This document shows positions 10,931-23,100 of a stretch of DNA of 64,000 nt, in pieces (the first letter of the stretch is position 1; each line of letters begins with the position of its first letter). Both the position numbers and the translations under genes were made by a program. This stretch comes from Amphiscolops sp. MND2022 (lineage: Eukaryota). Location: positions 73,658,001-73,722,000 of the forward strand of contig OZ076409.1 in assembly GCA_964187785.1 (NCBI GenBank), read 5' to 3'. The notes under the pieces were generated by a model. The model did no database searches. It was given only the letters and a program-made list of their open reading frames with translations, and was not told the origin of the DNA.

Positions 10931-13900
10931 GTGGTCGGGAATCTTTCCTACCTCATGCTTTGAGGGCGGGGTAGGGCCCCTGCCCGATCCTAATCCTTAG
11001 GATTTTAAACATAAGGCGAAAAGACCAAATGAAAGCGATCTCGAAAACTAACCTTACGATTTGGCTGAAATTTTGCATGCGGCTCCCTATGACAGATATA
11101 AGAACAAATCCCTAGTGGCATTTTGCTGGGAAAATTCAGTTTTTGGGTCAAAATCACTATTTTATGTCCAAAAAATGGCGTTTTTTCGGAAAATTTTTTT
11201 TCAAGAGCCCATATCTCGCTCCCAGGTGCTCGGAGCGGGTCGCATGTGGACGTCGATATTGCTAGGCACTTCGTAAGGAGTCCGTAGACAAATTTTCGTA
11301 CAGATCGGATGAAAATTGACTTAGTAATAAAAAACTTTGATTTGCATTTTTTCGAAAATTTATGAAATCCCAGTGTATCTCTGCCGTTTTTTGCCCAGAT
11401 TTTTTTCCAGGACCTCTCCTAAAGGCCTCCCCTGGCCGGTTTACCTCCCAGAAAAACCATTTGGCCCTTTTGCCGCAGTTTCAGCAATCCAGGATTCCCC
11501 GGGTAAAAGTAAAATGACTTAGAATTTTTTCGAAAAATTTTCAAAAAATTTTTTTTCAACATTAGGCCTCCCAAAGTCAAGAAACGTCCACACAACTAGT
11601 ATTGCAAGTGGATGCATGTGGAAAGTGCTCGAATAGACGAGAAAAATGAGCTATTATAAACCTCTGTAGGTCAACCTGACGTTGACTTATGACAATTTTA
11701 GTGTGAGCTTGCTATGTGAGAAAAAATATCGAAAAATCAAAATCGAAGCTAAGCCTCATCCAAATCTCATCGGAATACGTTCAATCTATCCCAAAGTGGT
11801 TTATTTCCAGTTGTCTAGTGCAGCACCACCATTCAAAGTCCTTTTTGACTAATTTATATAAGTTTTGACATCGTCTTATCCATTCGAAAGTTGAAGCAGT
11901 TAAGTACATTCCATCTCCCCTCCGTGGGAGATGGTAATGTACGCGCAAAAAGCCAAGTACTATTGCCCTTTTTCTACATGGAGTGGACCTAGAAATGCAT
12001 TAGCGTGAGCTCCACGCTGCTTGCAGTAGCCCTTACAGGTGTTGTACCTTTGTTACAAAACTAACTATGTTACTAATCATAAAAAAATGTTACAATCGAA
12101 AAATTATTTTCATTAATTATATTTACACGTTTTGTTGTCAATTACAATAACTACAGCTACCGCCTCCTGGTTTGATTGTTCAACCGTGCACGTCTAGGTG
12201 CCAAAACCCAATGGTTTGCCAAACACTTCGAGGGCGGGGTAGGGCCCCCAGCCCGAGTCAAAAGTCGAAGACTAACAACGTAAGGCCAATTATAATTTCT
12301 GATAGCGATTTTCTAAACGAGCCGTCAGATTTGGCTGAAATTTTGCATACGGCTTCCTATAACAATCCTAAGAACTAATCCCTACTGGCGTTTTGCCCGG
12401 AAAATTCAAAAAGTGGGTCAAAATCTTAGTTTTTTGGTCGAAAAATGGCGTTTTTTTGGAAAAAATTTTTTTAAGAGCCCATATCTCGCTCCCAGGTGCC
12501 CGTAGCGACCAGACCTCGGACGGTACTATTGCTGGGCACTTCGTAAGGAGTCCGTAGACAAATTTTCGTACAGATTGGATAAAAAATGACTGAGTAATAG
12601 CCGTCATTGGGACGCATTTTTTCGACTTTTTTCGAAAACCTAGTCTATCTCTGCCGTTTTTTGCCCAGATTTTTTTCCAGGACCTCTCCTAAAGGCCTCC
12701 CCTGGCCGGTTTACCTCCCAGAAAAACCATTTGGCCCTTTTGCCGCAGTTTCAGCGTTCCAGGATACCCCGGGTAAAAGATAAATGACTTAGAATTTTTT
12801 CAAAAATTTTTCAAAATTTTTTTTTTCAACTTCAGGCCTCCCAAAGTCAAGAAACGTCCACACAACTAGTATTGCAAGTGAATGCATGTGGAAAGTGCTC
12901 GAATAGACGAGAAAAATGAGCTATTATAAAGCTCTGTAGCTCAACCTGACGTTGACTTATGATAATTTTAGTGTGAGCTTGCTATGTGAGAAAAAATTTC
13001 AAAAATTGAAAATCGAGCTAAGTCTCATCCAAAACTCATCGGAATACGTTCAATCCACCCTAAAGCGGTTTAATTCCAGTTACTAAGTGCAGCAACACCA
13101 TTCAAGGTCATTTAACCCATATTTATAATTTTTGACACCGTCTTATCCATTTGAAAGTTCGAAACAGTTGAGTACATTCCATCTCCCCTACGTGGGAGAT
13201 GGTAATGTACTCGCAAAAAGCCAAGGTCCTACCGCCCTATTCTACCCGTAGTGGTGCTAGAAATGCAGTAGCGTGAGCTCCAGGTTGTTTGCAGTAGCCT
13301 TTACGTATGTTGTGATTATGTATTACAATTCTAACTCTGTTACTAAACATTAAAAAATTGTTTCAATCCCAAATTTTTTTCAACCTTAGTATGTCACCAA
13401 TAAAGATATATCCATCTTTCCTACTACAACCACCCTACCACCCGGCCCCTCGTATCTTTGTTCAACCGTACACGTCTAGGTGCCAATCCCCCCCGGGATG
13501 CCACAACTTCGAGGGCGGGGTAGGGCCCCCTGCCCGAGTCCAAATCCAACGGCGCTAAACTTCGCGCCTATAACGTAAGGCGTTTTCCATTTCTAGAGGC
13601 GATCTCGAAAACCGCCCTATAGAATTGGCTCAAAATTTGCATACGGCTTCCTCTAGCGATTCTAAGAACTTTTCCCTACTACCGTTTTGCCCAAAAAAAT
13701 TTTTTTGTTGACTTATAGACAATTTTAGGTGCCGAAAATGGCGTTTTTTCGAAAAAATTTTTTTCAAGAGCCCATATCTCGCTCCCAGGTGCTCGGAGCG
13801 GGTCGCATGTGGACGTCGATATTGCTAGGCACTTCGTAAGGAGTCCGTAGACAAATTTTCGTACAGATCGGATGAAAATTGACTTAGTAATAAAAAACTT

Positions 13901-16063
13901 TGATTTGCATTTTTTCGAAAATTTATGAAATCCCAGTGTATCTCTGCCGTTTTTTGCCCAGATTTTTTTCTAGGACCTCTCCTAAAGGCCTCCCCTGGCC
14001 GGTTTACCTCCCAGAAAAACCATTTGGCCCTTTTGCCGCAGTTTCAGCGTTCCAGAATTCCCCGGGTAAAAGTAAAATGACTTAGAATTTTTTCGAAAAA
14101 TTTTAAAAAAATTTTTTTTCAACTTCAGGCCTCCCAAAGTCAAGAAACGTCCACACAACTAGTATTGCAAGTGAATGCATGTGGAAAGTGCTCGAATAGG
14201 CGAGAAAAATGAGCTATTATAAACCTCTGTAGCTTAACCTGACGTTGACTTATGACAATTTTAGTGTGAGCTTGCTATATGGTAAAAAATTTCAAAAATT
14301 GAAAATCGAAGCTAAGTCTCATCCAAAACTCATCGGAATACGTTCAATCCATCCCAAAGCGGTGTAATTCCAGCTATGTAGTGCAGCAACGCCATTCCAG
14401 GTCTTTTGACCCATTTATATAAGTTTTGACACCGTCTTATCCATCCGAAAGTTCGAAACAGTTAAGTACATTCCATCTCCCCTCCGTGGGAGATGGTAAT
14501 GTACTCGCAAAAAGCCAAGTATAACCGCCCTATTCTACCCGTAGTGGTGCTAGAAGAGCAGTAGCGTGAGCTCCAGGTTTGCAGTAGTCTCTATGTGTTA
14601 TAATTATATTTTTCATAGCTAAAAATCTTACTAAACGTGATAAAAAAAATTACATCACTCAAAATTTTTTCAAATATTATTATATGTCCCCAATTGACGC
14701 ACGTCAACTATTTCACTACAACCACCCTACCACCCGGCCCCTCGTATCTTTGTTCAACCGTACACGTCTAGGTGCCAATCCCCCCCGGGATGCCACAACT
14801 TCGAGGGCGGGGTAGGGCCCCCTGCCCGAGTCCAAAACCAACGGCGCTAAACTTCGCGCCAGAAACTTAAGGCGTTTTCCATTTCTAGAGGCGATCTCGG
14901 AAACGGCCCTATAGAATTGGCTCAAAATTTGCATACGGCTTCCTCTAGCGATTCTAAGAACTTTTCCCTACTACCGTTTTGCCCAAAAAAATTTTTTTGT
15001 TGACTTATAGACAATTTTAGGTGCCGAAAATGGCGTTTTTTCGAAAAATTTTTTTTCAAGAGCCCATATCTCGCTCCCAGGTGCTCGGAGCGGGTCGCAT
15101 GTGGACGTCGATATTGCTAGGCACTTCGTAAGGAGTCCGTAGACAAATTTTCGTACAGATCGGATGAAAATTGACTTAGTAATAAAAAACTTTGATTTGC
15201 ATTTTTTCGAAAATTTATGAAATCCCAGTCTATCTCTGCCGTTTTTTGCCCAGATTTTTTTCTAGGACCTCTCCTAAAGGCCTCCCCTGGCCGGTTTACC
15301 TCCCAGAAAAACCATTTGGCCCTTTTGCCGCAGTTTCAGCGTTCCAGGATTCCCCGGGTAAAAGATAAATGACTTAGAATTTTTTCAAAAAATTTTCAAA
15401 ATTTTTTTTTCAACTTCAGGCCTCCCAAAGTCAAGAAACGTCCACACAACTAGTATTGCAAGTGGATGCATGTGGAAAGTGCTCGAATAGACGAGAAAAA
15501 TGAGCTATTATAAAGTTCTCTAACTTAACCTGACGTTGACTTATGACAATTTTAGTGTGAGCTTGCTATGTGAGAAAAAAATTCGAAAGATGAAAATTGA
15601 AGCTAAGTCTCATCCAAAACTCATCGGAATACGTTCAATCCATCCCAAAGCGGTTCAATTCCAGTTGTATAGTGCAGCAACACCATTCGAGGTCATTTAA
15701 CCCATATTTATAAGTTTTGACACCGTCTTATCCATCCGAAAGTTCGAAACAGTTAAGTACATTCCATCTCCCCTCCGTGGGAGATGGTAATGTACTCGCA
15801 AAAAGCCAAGTATCACCGCCCTATTCTACCCGTAGTTGTGCTAGAAATGCAGCAGCGGGAGCGCCAGGCTGTTTACAGTAGCCTTTACGGGTGTTGTGAC
15901 TATGTATTACAAATCTAACTATGTTACTGAACGTGAAAAAATTGTTTCACTCCAAAATTTTTTTCAACTATTTTATGTCATCAATAAAGATATATCCATC
16001 TTTCCTACTACAACCACCCTACCACCCGGCCCCTCGTATCTTTGTTCAACCGTACACGTCTAG

Positions 16064-17449
16064 GTGGTTGGGGCGGTCCCCAGAACGCACAAGGAGGCGC
16101 GGGGAGGGTCCTGCGCCGACGTAAAATAATTTCATATAATACTAGTATCCTACATGGGTGTTTTAGAAGCGATTTTGGAATCTAACCGTAGGATTTGGAT
16201 AATTTTTTGCATGCGGCCATAACTTGAAATTCTAAGAACTTTTTCCTTCTGCCATTTTCCCCGCAAATTGTTTTTTGTTGACTTATGGCCGAAAAACCGG
16301 AAATAACGTGCTTTTTAGACGTTATATCCGAAGTGTCGTCATAACTTTTTTCCAGGGCATGCTAGCGTTCTCGTTCACTTTTACCCTTTGTTGCAGAATC
16401 TCAAAATACGCCCGGTGTAAAATTTTGGTTGCAATCGGATCACCCCATGCCGAGATAGAGGGGTTCACCCCCTCAGTTTAACCCCCAAAAAAGGCGAAAA
16501 AGCCAATTTTGAGCATGAAGCCGAGAATTTAGCGTACCCGCACCCTCCTGATGTTTTGTTGTACGTATTATGGTAAACCTGATGACATGTGTGGTTTTCA
16601 CCCCCAACCCCCCTGGGACCGGAAATGACACTTTTTTTGTGTTTTTTGACAAAAATTTGCCTTTTTCATTAGAAGGCAGTCGTTTTTGGGACTCCTAGCA
16701 GGATATCGAAATTGAAATACAACCTGATCACAACGCAGTGACAACATGTTGGCCATTTGGAGGTACCATCATGACCGGAAGGGTCAAACTACCCTTTTTG
16801 TGACCGCTTTTTGACCTTGTGCACCAAATTGCCAACAACTTGATGCCTAATGACGCATTCAAATCTGTACAAAGATAGAACGTTAGACAACCGAAGTCCC
16901 GCAAGATCTTTAGCACATACCGGAAGTTACCCCCCATGACCGGAAGTTACCCAATGTGACCGGAAATGGTCCAAAAATTAATGTAAAGTTGAATTTTTCA
17001 CTATTTCAAGACCATTTCATTGAACATTTTCAATCCCAAAACTAGCGTACTGGCTTGTTTTGCTGAATTTATGGAAATTGATGAGCTCTATCACCCCCGA
17101 TAGCCTTCGAAGTTGACCTTGCGTCAACTTTGGAGGCTATCGATACTGAAAATGAACAACAAAGTACATTGTTGCTCTCGGTTTTTTCCCGTTGTTTTTC
17201 CTCAAACATTCTTGAGACATATACATGGCCGTTAGTTGAAATCAAAATTTAGCCCATGTTATAGCTGGAGCAGCGAAGCGTTACACAGACTAGTGTGGTT
17301 TTGAAATTACATTATTTAAATTAACCACTGACCGTCTTAGTCAACTCCACACATTCATACCAACGCCCACCGTCTGTGGGCATGCCGAGGCATGCCCTTC
17401 GACGACGTATGACGAATCCACTCCAACGACACCCGCAGTCCTCAGCTAG
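16064..17449 (+). mobile_element. Family-C unit (1386 bp)
   Basis: Start GTGGTTGGGGCGGTCCCC, end CCTCAGCTAG. The interior is mostly unrelated to family A and is rich in ACCGGAAGT/ACCGGAAAT. Confidence 0.85.
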
Positions 17450-18737
17450 GTGGCCGGAAATTTTTTTTTTCATCAAAATCTTTGCCATTGGGGGAGGGGC
17501 CCCGGATGGCCAGTAGTACGGGATAGCTTCCTACCAAATCCAGGCGGAAAAAACGTGATTTTGGAAACTAGCCGTCAGAATTTGCTCAAATTTTGCATAC
17601 GGCTTCCTATAACAATTCTAAGAACTAATCCCTACTGGCATTTTGCCCAAAAAACGCAAAAAGTTGGTCAAAATCTTAGTAATTTGGTCAAAAAATGGCG
17701 TTTTTTCGAAAAAAAATTTTTTCAGAGACAATTACTCGTAACTGGTTCACCCAGCGCAAAAACGCCTAGCTGATTTATTGTTGGGCACTTCATGAGGAGT
17801 GCGTATACAAATTTTCGTCCAGATCGGAAAAAAATTGACTAAGTATTAGCCGGAATTCGGACGCATTTTTTCGCAAATTTTTGAAAACCTAGTCTATCTC
17901 TGCCGTTTTTTGCCCAGATTTTTTTCCAGGTCCTCTCCTAAAGGCCTCCCCTGGCCGGTTTACTTCCCAGAAAAACCATTTGGCCCTAAATACGGAGTTT
18001 CAGCGTTCTAGCATTCCCGGGCGAAAAGATGTGGGACTTAGAAAAAATTCAAAATTTTTCAAAAAATTTTTTTTCGTTTTCCGGCCCCCCAATGAAGGGG
18101 AACGACCCCCCCAACGAGGATTTTTGGTGAATTCACGTGGAAAGGCCTTGTTTTGTGGAGCAAATTGCCGTTTAGAGCGACTTTTCATCTTAACTTGACG
18201 TTGACCTCTGTCGTTTTGAATTTGATATTAGTATGTGTTGAGCATGTGAAAAGTTGATGATTTCAGTTGTTCTCTCGTGTTCAAGCCATTGAGATACAAG
18301 CGGTAGTGATCAAAATGTGATTTATCGCAATTTGGTGGTGCTTTTGGTGTATTTTGATTCTTTTAAATAAAAAGTTGGTCTTCATATATTTGGTGTTATG
18401 ATTCAAATGAACAAGAAACAGTTGAGTACATTTCATCTCCCCCCTTGTGGGGGAGATGAGGATGTACCCGCTAAATGACACGCACAATGGCCCACTTTTA
18501 TTTTTATGCGACGTTTTCTAGGCTTTTGCGCAAGCCCACCAAAATTTAGACTGGTTTCTTTTTCTTTTACTTCAAAATTTTCCGTACTAACCACCTTACG
18601 CACCACCAGCTCAACGTAACATCTGTAACGTCAACGCCACACACTCTCACTAACGCCCACCGTCCGTGGGCATGCCGAGGCATGCCCTTCGACGACGTAT
18701 GCCAAATAGCGCCACAGGGCGCAAACTTGTCCGCTAG
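17450..18737 (+). mobile_element. Family-B unit (1288 bp)
   Basis: Near-identical to 9643-10930. Confidence 0.85.
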
Positions 18738-20126
18738 GTGGTTGGGGCGGTCCCCAGAACGCACAAGGAGGCGCGGGGAGGGTCCTGCGCCGACGTAGAA
18801 TAATTTCATATAATACTAGTATCCTACATGGGTGTTTTAGAGGCGATTTTGGAATCTAACCGTAGGATTTGGATAATTTTTTGCATGCGGCCATAACTCG
18901 AAATTCTAAGAACTTTTTCCTACTGTCATTTTCCCCGCAAATTTTTTTTTGTTGACTTACGGCCGAAAAACCGGAAATAACGTCCTTTTTAGACGTTATA
19001 TCCGAAGTGTCGTCATAACTTTTTTCCAGGGCATGCTAGCGTTCTCGTTCACTTTTACACTTAGTTGCAGCATCTCAAAATACAACTGGTGGAAAATTTT
19101 GATTGCATTCGGATCACCCCCCACCGAGATAGAAGGGTTCCCCCCTCCAGTTTTACCCCCCAAATTTGCAAAATAGCCAATTTTGAGCATGAAGCCGAGG
19201 ATTTAGCGTACCCGCACCCTCCTGATGTTTTGTTGTACGTATTGGGGTCAATCTGACGACATGTGTGGTTTTCATCCCCAACCCCCCCTTGGACCGGAAA
19301 TGACTCTTTTTTGTGTTTTTTGGCAGAATTTAGCCTTTTTCATTATTAGGCAGTCGTTTTAGGGACTCCTAGCAGGATATCGAAATTGAAATACAACCTG
19401 ATCACAACCCAGTGACAACATGTTGGCCATTTGAAGGTATCATCATGACCGGAAGTGGGGTCAACCCCCCTTTTTGTGACAGCTTTTTGACCTTGTGCAC
19501 CAAAATGCCAACATCTTGAGGCCTAATGAGGCATTCAAATCTGTACAAAGATAAAATGTTAGACAACCGAAGTCCCGGAAGATCTTTAGCATATACCGGA
19601 AGTTACCCCCCATGACCGGAAGTTACCCAATGTGACCGGAAATGGTCCAAAAATTAATGTAAATTTGAATTTTTCACTATTTCAAGACCACTTAATTGAA
19701 ACTTTTCAATCTCAAAACTAGCGTACTGGCTTGTTTTGCTGAATTTATGGAAATTGATGAGCTCTATCGCCCCCGATAGCCTTCGAAGTTGACCTTGCGT
19801 CAACTTTGGAGGCTATCGATAAAGAAAAATGAACAACAAAGTACATTGTTGCTCTCGTTTTTTTCCCGTTGTTTTTCCTCAAACATTCTTGAGACATATA
19901 CATGGACGTTAGATGAAATCAATATTTAGCCCATGTTATAGCTGGAGCAGCGAAGCGTTACACAGACTAGTGTGGTTTTGAAATCACACTATTTAAATTA
20001 ACAACTGACCGTCTTAGTCAACTCCACACATTCATACCAACGCCCACCGTCTGTGGGCATGCCGAGGCATGCCCTTCGACGACGTAGGACAAATCCACTC
20101 CAACGACACCCGCAGTCCTCAGCTAG
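18738..20126 (+). mobile_element. Family-C unit (1389 bp), a diverged copy of 16064-17449
   Basis: Same ends and layout with scattered substitutions. Confidence 0.85.
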
Positions 20127-23100
20127 GTGCCAAAACCCAATGGTTTGCCAAACACTTCGAGGGCGGGGTAGGGCCCCCAGCCCGAGTCAAAAGTCGAAGA
20201 CTAACAACGTAAGGCCAATTATAATTTCTGATAGCGATTTTCTAAACGAGCCGTCAGATTTGGCTGAAATTTTGCATACGGCTTCCTATAACAATCCTAA
20301 GAACTAATCCCTACTGGCGTTTTGCCCGGAAAATTCAAAAAGTGGGTCAAAATCTTAGTTTTTTGGTCGAAAAATGGCGTTTTTTTGGAAAAAATTTTTT
20401 TAAGAGCCCATATCTCGCTCCCAGGTGCCCGTAGCGACCAGACCTCGGACGGTACTATTGCTGGGCACTTCGTAAGGAGTCCGTAGACAAATTTTCGTAC
20501 AGATTGGATAAAAAATGACTGAGTAATAGCCGTCATTGGGACGCATTTTTTCGACTTTTTTCGAAAACCTAGTCTATCTCTGCCGTTTTTTGCCCAGATT
20601 TTTTTCCAGGACCTCTCCTAAAGGCCTCCCCTGGCCGGTTTACCTCCCAGAAAAACCATTTGGCCCTTTTGCCGCAGTTTCAGCGTTCCAGGATACCCCG
20701 GGTAAAAGATAAATGACTTAGAATTTTTTCAAAAATTTTTCAAAAATTTTTTTTTCAACTTCAGGCCTCCCAAAGTCAAGAAACGTCCACACAACTAGTA
20801 TTGCAAGTGAATGCATGTGGAAAGTGCTCGAATAGACGAGAAAAATGAGCTATTATAAAGCTCTGTAGCTCAACCTGACGTTGACTTATGATAATTTTAG
20901 TGTGAGCTTGCTATGTGAGAAAAAATTTCAAAAATTGAAAATCGAGCTAAGTCTCATCCAAAACTCATCGGAATACGTTCAATCCACCCTAAAGCGGTTT
21001 AATTCCAGTTACTAAGTGCAGCAACACCATTCAAGGTCATTTAACCCATATTTATAATTTTTGACACCGTCTTATCCATTTGAAAGTTCGAAACAGTTGA
21101 GTACATTCCATCTCCCCTACGTGGGAGATGGTAATGTACTCGCAAAAAGCCAAGGTCCTACCGCCCTATTCTATCCGGCGTTGCATCAGAAATGCAGTAG
21201 CATGAGCTCCAGGTTGTTTGCAGTAGCCTTTACGTATGTTGTGACTATGTATTACAATTCTAACTCTGTTACTAAACATTAAAAAATTGTTTCAATCTCA
21301 AATTTTTTTTTCAACTTTAGTATGTCACCAATAAACATATATGCATCTTTCCTACTACAACCACCCTACCACCCGGCCCCTTGTCCACTGTTCAACCGTG
21401 CACGTCTAGGTGCCATAATCCATTGATTAGCTCAACACTTCGAGGGCGGGGTAGGGCCCCCAGCCCGAGTCAAAAGTCGAAGACAAACAACTTAAGGCGA
21501 ATGTAACAGCGAGACCCCGATTTTCTAAACTAGCCCCGCGATTTGGCTGAAATTTTGCATACGGCTTCCTATAACAATTCTAAGAACTAATCCCTACTGG
21601 CATTTTGCTGTGAAAACGCAGGATGTGGGTCAAAATCTTAGTTTTTTGGTCAAAAAATGGCATTTTTTCGAAAAAAAATTTTTCAAGAGCCCATATCTCG
21701 CTCCCAGGTGCTCGGAGCGGGTCGCACGTGGACGTTGATATTGCTGGGCACTTCGTAGGGAGTCCGTAGACAAATTTTCGTACAGATCGGATAAAAATTG
21801 ACTGAGTAATAGCCGCAAATCGGACGAATTTTTCAGAAAATTTTGGTACACCTAGTCTATCTCTGCCGTTTTTCGCCCAGATTTTTTTCCAGGACCTCTC
21901 CTAAAGACCTCCCCTGGCCGGTTTACCTCCCAAAAAAACCATTTGGCCCTTTTGCCGCAGTTTCAGCGTTCCAGGATTCCCCGGGTAAAAGTAAAATGAC
22001 TTAGAATTTTTTCGAAAAATTTTCAAAATTTTTTTTTCAACTTCAAGCCTCCCAAAGTCAAGAAACTTCCACACAACTAGTATTGCAAGTGAATGCATGT
22101 GGAAAGTGCTTGAATAGACGAGAAAAATGAGCTATTATAAAACTTTCTAGCTTAACTTGACGTTGACTTATGACAATTTTAGTGTGAGCTTGCTATATGG
22201 TAAAAAATTCAAAAATTGAAAATCGAAGTTAAGTCTCATCCAAAACTCATCGGAATACGTTCAATCCATCCCAAAGCGGTTTATTTCCAGCTATAGAGTG
22301 CAGCAACACCGTTCAAGGTCATTTGACCCATTTTAATAGGTTTTGACTCTGTCTTATCCATCCGATAGTTCGAAACAGTTGAGTACATTCCATCTCCCCT
22401 CCGTGGGAGATGGTAATGTACTCGCAAAAAGTCAAGGTCCTACCACCCTATTCTACCCGGAGTGGTGCTAGCAATGCAGTAGCGTGAGCCCCAGGTTGTT
22501 TGCAGTAGCCTTTACGTATGTTGTGACTATGTATTACAATTCTAACTCTGTTACTAAACATTAAAAAATTGTTTCAATCTCAATTTTTTTTTTTCAACTT
22601 TAGTATGTCACCAATAAACATATATGCATCTTTCCTACTACAACCACCCTACCACCCGGCCCCTTGTCCACTGTTCAACCGTGCACGTCTAGGTGCCCAA
22701 ATCCATCGATTTACCTTCATTTTGAGGGCGGGGTAGGGCCCCCGACCGGCTCCTCAGGCTTTAGACTGACAACGTTAAGCCATTGTGCAAAATGGAAGCG
22801 ATTTTCTAAACGGCCCATACGATTTGGCTCAAAATTTGCATACGGCTTCCTCTAGCGATTCTAAGAACTAATCCCTACTGGCGTTTTGCCCGGAAAAATC
22901 AAAAAGTTGGTCAAAATCTTAGTTTTTTGGTCGAAAAATGGCGTTTTTTTGGAAAAAATTTTTTTAAGAGCCCATATCTCGCTCCCAGGTGCTCAGAGCG
23001 GGTCGCATGTGGACGTTGATATTGCTGGGCACTTCATAAGGAGTCCGTAGACAAATTTTGGTACAGATCGGATGAAAATTGATAGAGTAATAGCCGCCGA

